This document shows positions 38,501-51,690 of a stretch of 64,000 bases of DNA, piece after piece. Position 1 is the first letter of the stretch, and every line of letters begins with the position of its first letter. The stretch lies in assembly GCF_018977255.1 (NCBI RefSeq), contig NW_024704743.1:64730001-64794000 (forward strand). Direction: 5' to 3'. A program made the position numbers and the translations under genes. The notes under the pieces are model-generated. The model was not told where the DNA came from. It saw only the letters and a program-made list of their open reading frames with translations, and did no database searches. This stretch comes from Callorhinchus milii (Eukaryota).

Positions 38501-40117
38501 ACATAAATGCAAGTTGTTGTAGATAGGGTCAAGGAACTAAAAGCCAACAAATCTCCCAGGATAGATAATTGTATCCCAAGGTAATTAGAGAAACAAAGTT
38601 GGAGAATTTTAAAGGACTGACAGACATTTTGAGAGAGTCTGTCATCAATAGTGAGATTCCAAGAGACTCAATGCAAGTAAATGTAGTTCCTATATTCAAG
38701 GAAATTATGAAGCTCAACTGATAATTACATCGGCCTGACTTCAGTAAAACTATTTATCAGAAAGCAAATGGACCACCTGTACAAAAATAATTTAATGAAT
38801 GATGGGTTGAGGACATCATAGACATTTTGAGGAGGTGACATCCCAAATAACATAGTTTACCGAGATTTCCAAAATGTATTCCAAAGCTGTTAGAAGGAAC
38901 AGGTGTTTTTCTCATTCACCAGTTATGAAACAAGAGATTAGGATGACCAATAGTGTTTAGTGTTTGGCATGAGGAGCATTGAGAGAAGTCTCTGCCATCA
39001 AACTCTCAGTTCAATATCAAACAATCCAGACAGTCCTGACCTCACCAACGTAGTCATCCTGCCAGCAGGTCAGACGTTACTTTCACTGGTACTAACAAGA
39101 AGAATGTCATGCAAAATTGAAGGTGTTGGCACTATTTTACACAAAAATACACATTCCATGAATAAGTAAAGGGAACCAATTCACTGAACTATTTTCCTAA
39201 ATGTGAAATGAAAATCCACAGTCCTGGCTAATCTGTAAATATTCTAGAATTATCCTGAGTTCCAGATGGACCCTATTCATCCGATTCCCAACACCTTGGG
39301 AAGTCCTCCTGACATGAAATATGCTATAACAAATGTAATTTTGTATGGTAATCACCTTTACCAGTGAATTTATCTTGAGAATATTTAAGTACACCAATCA
39401 CTATTAAATCAAGAGTACTGTAGTTTACAAAACGTGTTGTTAAAAGTTTCAGCTTTAAATGTTTTTTTTGTGAATGAGTGTTCTTATATACCATTTAGAG
39501 ACCATCTGAGAAACTATGAAATTGCAATTATACAATATTTTGTGAGGATTATTATTATTTTGCTCAGCAATGCAAGGCAAATTTTCAGTTGTTTCCAATG
39601 TCATCCATGTGTATGGATCTGAGTCACAACACCAAAATCTTCCCAGGGAAGAAAAACAAATCAGTGAACTACTATATGTGCAAACCAGATAATTTTAATA
39701 TCTTCAAAGAAATTCAAATCAATTCTACTTAAAGCATAAGTGAAATATTGCCTTCTGCAGCCAACATCGTATTCTACTCTGCTTGCCTTCCATTGCTTTA
39801 AAGCATGAGAGGAGGAATTATTTCCCTCAAACACCATAAGGTCAAAGAATCACAATTCACTATTGAGGTTTGGAACTGAGCCTCTGTTAGAACCATCATT
39901 GTCTTTTTTGTCTAAACTCTCTCTAGAAACATCAATATCATGTGAGAGGCCAGAGAGGCACTGACCATAGACTTAATGATAAAACAGAGAGAGAGAAAGA
40001 TATGAAAGAAAAGATTGTAACAGAGGTGAGAGAAGTATCACCTATTAGTTGTCAATACTTTTTTGGTGTTATGTAGGGTAGTATAAGAAAGATTCTGTCT
40101 CTAAGAGCAAGATTCAA

Positions 40118-41200
40118 GTTCAGTAACGGCTTCTCCTCCAGCCCCCGCACCGTCACGTGTGGCTTTCCTCAGGGCTCTGTCCTTGGCTCTCTCCTTTTCA
40201 ATATTTATATGCTCCCTCTTGATGACATCATCCACAGACATGGGGTCAACTTCTACGTGTTTGCGGATGATACTCAACTCTACCTCTCTGTCTCCACCCT
40301 CGATTACTGCTGTCCTCGCAGACAGCCTGTCACACATCAAGTCCTGGATGAGAGCTAACTTCCTCCAGTTGAATGTCAACAAGACCAAGATCCTCCTGCT
40401 TGGCTCCTGTCAGACCCTCCATACCTTGGGCACTGACAGCATCTCCCTTCATGGATGCACTCTACATCTCACGGATCCAATATGGAACCTTGGCGTACTG
40501 TTTGACACTCAACTGTCCTTCGTTCCCCACCTCCATGCCATGACCTGGTCCGCTTTTCCCCACCTCTGCAACATCGCTCGGCTCCGCCACTGTCTCACAC
40601 CGCAGGCGGCCGAGACCTTCATCCACACATTCATCACATGCAGGCTCGACTACACCAGCTCCCTGCATAGGCCTACCCAACACCTCCCTCCACAGGCTTC
40701 AGATCATCCAGAAGCCTGCAGCCCATGTTCTCTCCCCCATCAGGCTCCACGACCCCCATCCTCGCCCGACTCCACTGGCTCCCCAACACTCAGATTACAG
40801 TTCAAGATCCTGGTCCTCACCTTCAAAGCCCTCCACAGCCTTATTTCTCCCTACCTCTGTGATGTACTAACCCCCCTCCCTACCTGTCCACTCTTTCAGC
40901 TCAGTAGGCTCCAGCCTGCTTTACATCCCCCGTCTTGCCTGCTCCACGATTTCGGGCAGGCCTTCAGCCACTGTGCCTCCACCATCTGCAACTCCATCCC
41001 TCAGTCCCTTTGCCTTGCCCCCTCCCTTGCCTCCTTCAAGATCCATCTCAAGTCTGTCCTCTTCAACCATGCCTTTAGTCACCCTCCTACCTTTATCTTG
41101 ATCCCAACCACCAGCCTGGGTGTGGATCTCTGTCTGTCCAGGCCTTGGGACATCCTCCTGACATGAAAGGCACTATACGAATGCAATTTGTTGTTGTTAG
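40118..41200 (+). mobile_element. L2 LINE, 5'-truncated RT
   Basis: PQGSVL, FADDTQL and [18 protein letters not shown] motifs; (TTG)n tail. Confidence 0.93.
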
Positions 41201-41789
41201 TGAAACTGGACTTCAGTGAGTTAATATTTGTTCAGGGGTAAATATTTCTTTGGCACTGAAGAACATAGGAACAGAGAAACAGGAGTAGACCATTCAGCCC
41301 CTTGTGTCTGTTCTGCCCTTCTATTAGATCATAGCTGATCTGTACCTCAACTCTAATTACCCACCTTTACCTCATATGCTTTGATACCTTAATTAATACC
41401 TAACAAAAATAATGAAGAAACTAAGGTTCTGCTTTAACAGGAGGAGATTTCAATTTGAGATTTTAAGTGTTGACAGAAGGATTAAGATCCTTGAGAAAAT
41501 TCAAAGTTCATGGAGAAACAGTCAGAGGATGAGCTACTGATAAAATAAAAAATCAACAAAAATAGAATCACTTTAAAGAAGACTAGAATGAACATAACTT
41601 TGGTGGAAGACCATAAGATGGTACCTTTTTACCCTGTCAAAGACTCTGATGATATCCAAGGTGGTAACAAATGAGTGAAAGTCTTTAACAATAAAGCTCT
41701 AGAGTTCTGTAACATACATCACATCACCAGTGAGAAAGAACCATAAAATTCACAGCATTTTACTGAGTGTTGAGATCATTTGGCCATCA

Positions 41790-42017
41790 TGTCTGTTCTC
41801 TTGGTAATATTATCCGCAGACATGGGGGTCAACATCCACATGCATGCAGATGACACCCAACACTACCTCTCTGCCTCCACCCTTAACTCCGCCCTCCACC
41901 CTCCACCAACCCAACCCCCAGCTTGGGTCCGTAACTCTGTCTGTCCAGCGCCTTGGGACGTCCTTCTGACGTGAAAGGCACTATACAAATTTAATTTTGT
42001 TGTTGTTGTTATTGTTG
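41790..42017 (+). mobile_element. L2 with a large internal deletion (RT core joined to tail)
   Basis: GVNIHMHADDTQHYLSAST followed within ~50 bp by the 3' tail. Confidence 0.8.
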
Positions 42018-42193
42018 TGTTGATTCTCTGCAAGGATTATCCATTTAGTCTCATTCTCCTGCGTTTACCTTACAGAAAGTAGCAGAGCTAGATTTTGCAA
42101 CAGGGCAAAGAGTCATTAATGGCACCACTTTCCCATTGCTCTCTGCACTGCCTCACTATTACCTCCCCTGCTGCTTACTAGCAGAAATGGATT

Positions 42194-44225
42194 ACAACAA
42201 CAACAACAACAAAATGACATTTGTAAAGCGCCTTTCATGCTGGGAAGACATTCCAAGGCGCTGAACAGTCAGAGGTTAGGACTCAAGCGTGGGGGTGGGG
42301 GGTCAGTGTTTGGATGAGGGAGGGCAGAGAAATAGGAGGGCGGCTGAAGGCACGGTTGAAAAGGAGGGTCTTGAGTCGTGCCTTGAAGAAGGCAAGAGAG
42401 GGAGCAAGGCGTAAGGATTGTGGGATATAGTTCCAAAAGGTGGGGGCAGAGAGACTGAAAGACTGACTGCTGATTGTAGGGTGGATCACATGAAAGACAT
42501 GGAGCAGACTCGAGGGAATCGACAGGTTGATAGGGAGTCTACAGGTCAGAGATGTAGAAGGGGGCAAGGCCATGGAGGGCCTTGAAAGTGAGGATGAGGA
42601 TTTTGAATTCTATCCTCTGAGGGATGGGGAGTCAGTGGAGTTGGGCGAGGGGGGGGTGGGGTTATGGCATCACAAAACCTGGTGCAGGAGAGGACACGAG
42701 CCTCAGAGTTCTGGATGATCTGCAGCTTGTGGAGGGAAAAGTTGGGGAGGCCGACAATGAGGGAGATTCCGTAGTTAAGCCTTGAGATGACGAATATGTA
42801 TGTGTATGAGAGTTTTGGCAGCTTGGGGGTGAGGCAGTGGTGGAGTTGAGTAATATTGCAGAGGTGGGGGAAGGCACAGGGGATAATGGCATGAATATGG
42901 GGGAGAAAGGAAAGTTGAGGGTCGAACAAGAGGCCCAGGTTCGTGACCAGCTTTGTGAGGTGGAGAGTGCATCCATGGATGCTGAATCTGCTGGTGCCTG
43001 AGGTGTGGAGGCGCTGGCACGAGCCAATCAGGACGGCCTCAGTCTTGCTAGCATTCAGCTGTAGAAAGTTGGCTCTCATCCAGGTCTTGATGTCTGACAG
43101 ACAATCTGTCAGGACATCAGTTGTCCTGAAATCGAGGGTAGAGGCAGAAAGATAGATAGGTGTCATCCGAGTACATGTGGAAGTTGACGCCATATCTGCT
43201 GATGATGTCACCAAGGGGAGCATTTGGAGGTTAAAGAGGAAGGGACCGAGGACAGAGCCCTGACAAACACCACACAAAACTTCAAGAGAAACTGTTGGTG
43301 GAGACAAATTGGAGATGTTGTGAGAGATAAGACCTGAACCATTCAAGGACAGAACTCTGAAGGTTGAGATGAGAGGAGAGGTGGTGGAGGAAGATGGAGT
43401 GGTGCACGGTATTGAAGGCAGCAGAGAGGTCAAGGAGAATGAGGAAACAGAGGACACACTGTGTTTGTCACCTTGACCAGAGCTGTTTTTATGCTGTGAA
43501 CAGCACAGAAACCCAACTGGAGGGGCTCGTGAAGGGAGTGGTAGGAGAGGAAGGAGCGAAGCTGGGAAGCAACAACTCTTCAAGGACCTTGGAAAGAAAA
43601 GGAAGGTTGGAGATGGGCCGGTAGTTAGAAAGCAGGGATGGGTCCAAGGAAGCTTTTTTCAGGATGGAGGTGATTGTAGCTGTTTTTAGGGATGGGAATG
43701 ATACCAGATGATAGGGCGAGATTGATGGTGTTGGAGAGTAGAGAGGCGAGGAGTTGGAGCTGGGAGCTTAAGGTGAAGGATAGGGATGGGGTCAAGGGAG
43801 CTGGTTGGTGTGTTTCATGCTGGATATGGTGAGAGAGGAGGGGAGACAGGTTCAAAAATGTGGAGAGAGGGTAGGGGTCGGAGTGTTGGTGGGGAGATGG
43901 GGAGGGAGTGGCAGTTGGGAGGGTGGAAGCAGCAGAATGGATCCCCTCGATTTTGGACTCAAAGAAATCCAGCATCTCCTCACAGTCAGAGCTTGAGGAG
44001 AGAATGGGTGAGGCGTGGGAGGGTGGACAAAGAAGCCGGTTGGTGGTAGAGAATAGGAGCTTGGGGTTGTCTTTCGCCTCCAAGATTATCTTGGAGTAGA
44101 AGGATGATTTGGCAGAGGTGAGGGCAGAGTGGTATGTTTTGATGTGGTCCAGCCAGATCTGCCGGTGGACCTTTAGATCGGATTTGAGCTTTAGATCGGC
44201 AGCCCGCACTTGACCCTTGCGGGAA
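42194..44225 (-). mobile_element. L2 LINE, longest copy (~2 kb, frameshifted ORF2)
   Basis: VHRQIWLDHIKTYHSALTSAKSSFYS, QGSVLGPFLF and [19 protein letters not shown]; (CAA)n at the left end. Confidence 0.95.
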
Positions 44226-44823
44226 TAGGACAGAACTTTCAAGTTGAAATTCAACTGAAAATTAATGGAGTTTTTATAACGTTAGGAGTAAGGTTAATGG
44301 GATGGCAGTTTAAGGGATAGAAAGCATTGGCGTTTTTTGGCACGAGAAAATGTTGAATGCGAAGGAAAGGTTGACTGAGAATAGAACAGGCTGAAAAAAC
44401 ATCAAACAATATGAGGCAGTTCATGGGGCACATTTCCTTATTATAATCAGAATAAAATAGGAGGAATGCTATTGCGACCAAATGTCTTTGAGTTCAGGGA
44501 ATAGCAGACCCAAATTAGCTGCCATGTTTGACCATAAAATACAGTCACTACACTTTACAGTATGTCCAGTGAAACACTTTGGGCCATTCTCCTGACATGA
44601 GAAGCATTATTTGAAATGTAATGATTATTATTTTCTCAGGTTTATTACACACAGATAAGGAATCTTGGTGAGCCGCCAAACTGACTGTTGTCAATGACAC
44701 TATAGATTGGTATTCCAATGCATTGTTTAGATATATTAGTAATTCTTCATGGTATGAGTTTCTGATCATATAATTCCCCAGAAGAAAGAAAACACAATGG
44801 AAGGTGCGTTGCACTGCATAAGT

Positions 44824-45042
44824 TTGACCGTGCCTTCAGCTCCCCTCTCGACTCTCTTCCTCCTCCTCGCTCCCTCCCTTCCCTCCCCTCACCCTGACCA
44901 TTTCCCCCCTCCTCTCTCCCTCCCTTCCCTCCCCTCACCCTGACCATTTCCCCCCTGCTCGGGTCATGACCCAACTGTGCAGCGCCTTGGGACGTCCTCC
45001 TGACGTGAAAGGCGCTCTATAAATGGAATCTTGTTGTTGTTG
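44824..45042 (+). mobile_element. L2 tail with a short internal duplication and candidate TSD TAAGT
   Basis: taagt at 44819-44823 and 45043-45047; ccctcccctcaccctgaccatttccccc occurs twice. Confidence 0.85.
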
Positions 45043-45239
45043 TAAGTATCACATCCCTCCGTCCATCCTGAATTATCAATTCCCCATTATCCCCATTATC
45101 AAAAGCTTGATAGCATTCCTCTTCCCATTCTGTAGCAAGTGACTATTGTTTGGAATGGGAGACTTAAATAGAAGGAAAAAAAATTCCTTCTTAATTCAAA
45201 TGCCTTCTTAAAATTAATATAAGTGCTTTAATACCTGGA

Positions 45240-46465
45240 CCACTCAATCCTCATCCACCGCCTCTCCTCCCACCTCAACCTTCAAGGTTCTGTCCTTGAC
45301 TGGTTCAGGTCCTACCTTTCACACCACCTCCACTTCATCCCAGCAAACGGTTTCTCCTTCAGCCCCCGCACTGTCTCGTGCGGTGTTCCTCAGGGCTCTG
45401 TCCTCGGTCCCCTCCTCTTCACCCTCTACATGCTCCCCCTTGGTGACGTCATCCGCAGACATGGGGTAAATTTCCACATGTATGTGGATGACACCCAACT
45501 CCACCTCTCTGCCTCCACCCTGAAATCCAGGACTACTGGCGTCCTGACCGACTGTCTGTCTGACATCAAGTCCTGGACGAGAGCCAACTTTCTCCAACTT
45601 AACGTCAACAAGACCAAGGCCCTCCTGATTGGCTCGCGCTAGTGCCTCCGCACCTCAGGCACTGGCAGCATCAGCCTCCACGGCTGCACATTCAACCTCA
45701 CTAAGCAAGTCAGGAACCTGGGTGTCTTGTTTGACCCTGAACTGTCCTTTCTCCCCCACATCCGCGCCATGACCGGCACTGCCTACCACCACCTCCGCAA
45801 CATTGCCAACCTCCGCCACTGCATCGTCCCTCAGGCTGCTGAAACCCTCACCCACGCATTCGTCACTTCAAGGCACGATTACGAGAATTCCCTCCTCATC
45901 GGCCCTCCTAACTCTTCCTTTCACAAGCTGCAGATCATCCAAAACTCTGCAGCTCATGTACTCTCACGCACCAGGCTCTGTGACCCCATCACTCCCACCC
46001 TCGCCCGACTCCACTGGCTCCCCATTCCCCAGAGGATCGAGTTTAAGATCCTCGTCCTCACCTTTAAGGCCATCCATGGCCTCACCCCCTCCTACCTCTA
46101 TGACCTGCTGACTCCCTACCAACTTGCCCACTCCCTCCGTTCATCGGGCTCCGGCCTGTTCCATGTCTCCCATCCGACCCGCCCTACCATCGGTGGCCGG
46201 GCTTTAAGCCTCTCTGCCCCCACACTCTGTAACTCCATCCCATGGACCCTTTGTCTCTCTTCCTCCCTTGTATCCTTCAAGGCTGGTCTCAAGACCCTTC
46301 TCTTCGACCGTGCCTTTGGTCTCCCTCCCACCACTCTGCCTTCCCTCATCCCTACATCACCCCTCCCCCATGCTCAGGTCCCAACCCCTGACTGTTCAGC
46401 GCTTTGGAACATCCTCCCGACGTGAAAGGCACGCTATAAATGTAATTTTATTGTTGTTGTTGTTG
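45240..46465 (+). mobile_element. L2 LINE, best-preserved RT 3' half
   Basis: [22 protein letters not shown] and LHWLPIPQRIEFKIL; one in-frame stop near 45640; (TTG)n tail. Confidence 0.96.
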
Positions 46466-48329
46466 AGATGTCTAGAAGACATGAAAAGCACTATATCAAA
46501 TGCAAGGATTATTATTATGTTTTAAGGCTATATTTTGGTACTTAAAGACCGTGCTTAATTATTTGGTAACAATGGAAAAGTGGATGGAGCAAAAGCAACA
46601 AGCACAGCAAGTCAAAACTTTCAACATTAATAATGCAATATAAGGTCTGAAATAGTTGTGACAAGAATATTAAATGACTTTTTCATGTATTACCCAATTT
46701 TATGAAGATTTCATAATCCATTTATTGCTTAATGCATTGTGACTAATGAGGTCTTCTCAACTCATGCAATGTACAATACAGTATTATCCCATTGTCCCCA
46801 TATGAACTGGTATACACATCTTAAAAGTTTGTTTTCAGAAATCATTATATGGCATCACAGCTGAGTCCAAATATGTATACAATTAACATCCACTTTAAGC
46901 AAGTCGAAGAGAAATATCTGTTCTTCAGGTGCTATCTGATGTTGGGGAAGGTGGGGGTAATGCAGAGGGATTCAGGGTATGAACCATGTCTACAATTTTT
47001 CTTTTCCCTGTAGCCCAAGAGCACTGAAGTCATCTGTTTACTATTTCTCATGCTGAGATCAGCTAACAATTAAACCTGGGACCCTTCTGGATTGCATTGT
47101 TCTGTTTGTTACATGACAGGGGTTTTATAACTGCATGTTTAAACTTCTCAGAAACATCACTGTAAAGACTGGCAAAATCATATTTTACTGTTATCCACAT
47201 TCAATTTAGGGGCTTTATTCAAGTTAGTTTGTGCAATTGTAACCTAGATTTTCTGACATGTAAAATGATCTTAAATCTAAACCGAAGGCTTCCTGAATCA
47301 TTCAAGGACATAACTCTGAAGGTTGAGATGAGAGAAGAGGTGGTGGAGCTACAATCACCCCCACCCTTTAACTATCTGTAAACATATTGGAATAATATGC
47401 TTCCTACTTTGTTATCTATCAGTTTAGCATGTTTAATCTATTTTGCTAACTTCCTGTCTCAGCAAAATGTTTGGGACCCTTTGAGCTGTGATACTTTCAG
47501 TTGTTATAAATCCCTGGCAAATGTTCTTGCCTATCTGGGGGAAGCACACTTACCACAATGTAGGCAATCTATTCACAGACCATGTGAGAATCAACTAAAT
47601 CAATTAATTGCCCATAGAATCTCAAAAATCAGCTGAGAACTAAATTTAACTTCTCAATGGCAGTATGTTTTTTAACCACAAGATCTAACTAACCACCAAT
47701 CAATATTATTGGACAATTTCAGTTTTGACTTCAACTTTGACTCACTTTCCTTTCTCCATAGATGCTACCTGACATGCTGAGTGTTCCCAGCGATTTCTGT
47801 TTTTGTTATTGGACTGTTGAGTTTGTTTGATGTCATATGTATTTCTAGTATTATCTGAAATATTAATCATATTTTGCCCACAAATATACAGTCAATTCAC
47901 TTTACAGTCTATTCTGTGAAGCGCTTTGAGACATCTAGAAGATGTGAAAAGAGCTATATCAGATGCAAGGATTATTATTATATTCAAAGCAATTTGAACG
48001 ATTCAATCAAATATTTTGTTTTTGAAATTAGAATTATGAATTCATTAAATTATAAAAATACAGCATAGGAGGAGTCATGTGGGCCACTGAATTTTTGCTG
48101 GTGCTCGTTCCTCCAATGAAACTAATTACTCATAAGATTGGTTCAGCCTATTTAATCTCATCCTTCCCAAATGCTCCCCCCAACAAAGCTGTTTTAGATT
48201 TATGATTATATCTACAATGTAGTCATCTTAAGTGTGATCTCAATCACCCTTCCTGGAACTGATTCAATCATTCATTACCCTCTGTGTAAAATAAATACTT
48301 CCTATCTGAACTTGTGCCCTCTTGTTCTG

Positions 48330-48605
48330 CTGCCAGATCAATACCATCCTCCTCCACCATGTCTCCTCCCCCATCCACCCTAATGGGACCACACTCACAT
48401 GTTTCGAGTCTTACTTAACAAATCACCTCCACTTCATCACGGCAAATGGTTTCTCTTCTTGCCCCCGCCCGGTTACCTGCGGGGTACCCCAGAGCTCCAT
48501 CCTTGGTCCCCTCCCTTTCCTCATCTGCATGCTCCCTCTCAGAGATGTCATCTGCAGACATGGGGTAACCTTCCACATGTATGCGGATGACACACAAATC
48601 TACTT
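48330..48605 (+). mobile_element. L2 RT fragment
   Basis: GVPQSSILGP...FHMYADDTQIY. Confidence 0.88.
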
Positions 48606-48805
48606 GATATCCCTTTTCAAGGGTGAAGAGACCTAACGTAACTAATTGTTGCTCATTAGCTCATTCCTCTAACATTGGAGAATACACCTGTGACTTTCTG
48701 CACTGTCTCTAGGACATGAGCAGGTCCCTCATGTTCCAGTGACAAGAACTGTATGCACTAATACTCTAGGTGAAGCTTGACCACAACACTATACAGCTTA
48801 GGCAT

Positions 48806-49311
48806 AAAACTCTGCAGCTTGTGTACTCTCACTCACCAGGCTCCATGACCCCATCACTCCCACCCTCACCCGACTCCCCTGGCTCCCCATCCCCCAGAGG
48901 GTCGAGTTCAAGATCCTCGTCCTCACCTTTAAGGCCATCCATGGCCTTGCCCCCTCCTACCTCTCTGACTTGCTGATTCCCTACCAACCTGCCCGCTCCC
49001 TCCGCTCATCGGGTTCCGGCCTGCTCCATGTCTGCCGCCTGACCTGCTGTACCATCGGTGGCCGGACTTTCAGCCTCTCTGCCCCCACACTCTAGAACTT
49101 CATCCCACGGTCCCTTTACCTCTCTTCCTCCCTTGCATCCTTCAAGGCTGGTCTCAAGACCCTACTCTTCGACCGTGCCTTTCTGCCTTCCCTCAACCCT
49201 ACACCACTCTTCCCCATGCTTGGGCCCTGACACCTAACTGTTCAGCGCTTTGGGACGACCTCCCGACATGAAAGACGCTCTATAAATGTAATTTTTTTGT
49301 TGTTGTTGTTG
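48806..49311 (+). mobile_element. L2 3' fragment inserted in a CR1, TSD TAGGCAT
   Basis: Highly similar to 45941-46465; taggcat at 48799-48805 and 49312-49318. Confidence 0.93.
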
Positions 49312-49724
49312 TAGGCATGACTCCTGCAGATCTGAACTCAGCTGATTTGGCAACCCAGCATCCTGTTTTTTTTGTTTATTGCTGCTTCACACTGTTTTGA
49401 CATGGTGAGCAATGAGTCAACTAACAGCCCAGGTCTCTTTCAGCTTCCCCCTTGGCAAGCTCTCCCATCCAAGGCTTATGGGTGCCTCCTATTTTTACTT
49501 CCTCTATGCAATATAAGTTGCATTTATCTGTATTGAACTTCACTTGCCAGTTATCAGCCCATGTGCTATTTATTTAGCTCTCTTCATAAGACCTCTACTG
49601 CCTCTTCTGATTCCACAATTCCAACTACTTGTGTCATCTGGAAGTTTATTTTCGATGCATTGAGTTTGCCATTAATGTAATCAAGGATCGGGAAGAGATC
49701 CCTGATACCTCCCCCATTTCAACC

Positions 49725-49962
49725 TAGTTGCTTCAGCCACTCTGCCCCCAACCTCGGGAATTCCATTCCCCAATCACTCCACCTCCTTCAAGTCTTGCCT
49801 CAAAACTCTTCTCTTCGACCATGCCATCGGTCACCCCCTTTCCCCTCCCCTCTCCCCCCTGACCCCAGCTCGGGTCTGAAATGCTGTAAACTGTCCAGTG
49901 CCTTGGGACGTCCTCCCAATGAGAAAGTCGCTATACAAATGTAATCTTGTTGTTGTTGTTGT
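49725..49962 (+). mobile_element. L2 tail
   Basis: ctcttctcttcgacc...gctatacaaatgtaatcttgttg. Confidence 0.8.
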
Positions 49963-50052
49963 TTCCCTGAACAACTACTTTCTGCTTCCATCCCTTCAGC
50001 CAAATTTGAATCCATTGCCACGTCTTACACTTGATGCCTATGGCATCAGTTT

Positions 50053-50300
50053 ATAATAATAAAATAATAATCCTTGCATTTGATATAACACTTTTCACAT
50101 CTTCTAGACGAGTCAAAGCGCTTCACAGAATATACTGTGAAGTGAATTGACTGCATATTTTGTGGGTGAAACGCGGCAGCCAATTGCGCACATCACAAAC
50201 AGTCATGGATTGAGTGACCAATTTATTATTTTTTTCTTGAGAGATTATTATCAGGTATGTGGAGTAAGGAAATTTACCCAAGATTTCACACTGCCAGGAA
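50053..50300 (-). mobile_element. SINE, 5'-truncated, nested in a CR1 remnant
   Basis: Same tail and body as the other copies. Confidence 0.85.
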
Positions 50301-50896
50301 GTTTGTGAAGGAGTCTCTCATTTGTACTTTAAATGTCTTTTGCAAATCAAGGTGCTTCTCACATCAATTTGAGATGTCACCTCCTCATAAAATTCTAAGA
50401 AGCTGATCAAACCAGATCTACCCCTTTCTGATCCCATGTTGGCTGTCGATTATTAGATTATTTTTATAAAAGTAATCTTCATTTTCTTTCTGATGATGAA
50501 CTCCATACATTTTCCAATTACTGAAATTCACCTAATCTGTGAAATAGTAAGACACATGGGAATGAAATCTATTAGGTAGTTACCCGGCATGGTTCTGTCG
50601 CCTTTCCTGATTATAGGAATTACTTTTGCTTTCTTGCATTGTGTTTGGAACCTTAGCAATGATGATTGACTCCCACTACCTGCCTTGTCTCTCTAAATAC
50701 TCATCCATTACCCATGGATGGATACCCATCACTCATCCATGAACGGGTCTTCCATTCCAGAAATATGTTGGTTTTCAGCCCCTTGGACCTATCCAGAACC
50801 TACTTTAATCCCATTTCTGTTCTTTCCCTGTATCCTTTACATTGTGAAAGGAAGGCATGTAGTAAGTGTACAAGATACAGAATGCATTTCTATCAT

Positions 50897-51690
50897 ACAA
50901 CAACAACAAAATTACATTTGTAAAGTACCTTTCACGTCGGGAGGACGTCCCAAGGCACTGAACAGTCAGGGATCAGGACCCGAGCATGGGGAGCCAGGGT
51001 TGGGGTGAGGAAGGGCAGAGAGGTAGGAGGGCGGCTGAAGGCATAGTTGAAAAGGAGAGTCTTGAGTCGTGCCTTGAAGGAGGCAAGAGAGGGAGCAAGG
51101 CGAAGGGATTGTGGGATGGAGTTCCAAAGGGTGGGGCAGAGAGGCTGAAAGCCTGGCCGCTGATGATAGGGTGGATAGGACGAAAGATATGGAGCAGGCC
51201 GGAGGCTGCTGAGCAGAGGGAGCAGACAGGTTGGTAGGGGGTCAGCAGGTCAGAGATGTAGGAGGGGGCAAGGCCGTGAAGGGCCTTGAAAGTGAGGACG
51301 AGGATTTTGAATTCTGTCCTCTGAGGGATGAGGAGTCAGTGGAGCCGGGCGAGGGTGGGGGTGATGGGGTCACGGAGCCTGGTGCAGTAGAGGACACGAG
51401 CTGCAGTGTTCTGGATGATCTGCAGCTTGTGGAGGGAAGAGTTGGGGAGGCCGAGAAGGAGGGAGTTTCCATAGTCGAGCCTTGATGTGATGAATGCGTG
51501 TATGAGGGTTTCGGCAGCCTGAGGCAGTGGCGGAGTCGGACAATGTTGCGGAGGTGGGGGAGGCAGAGCGGGTTACGGCACAGATACGGGAGAGAAAGGA
51601 CAGTTGAGCGTCGAACAAGAAGCTCAGGTTCCTGACTGGCTTGGTGATGTGGAGTGTGCAACCCTGGACGCTGATGCTGCCAGCGCCTCA
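50897..51690 (-). mobile_element. L2 3' fragment
   Basis: Reverse complement of the 45660-46465 sequence; (CAA)n at the left end. Confidence 0.93.

Larger units (their letters stand above)
48610..50700 (-). mobile_element. Old CR1 RT remnant hosting L2 and SINE insertions
   Basis: CR1-like antisense motifs (gtgtcatctg, gtcacctcctcataaaattctaag, accagatctacccct) interleaved with younger elements. Confidence 0.62.

Noticed and set aside
40159..46425. Functional reverse transcriptase genes or a retron-like system
   Set aside because: All are 5'-truncated L2 ORF2 fragments with stops and frameshifts; none is intact.
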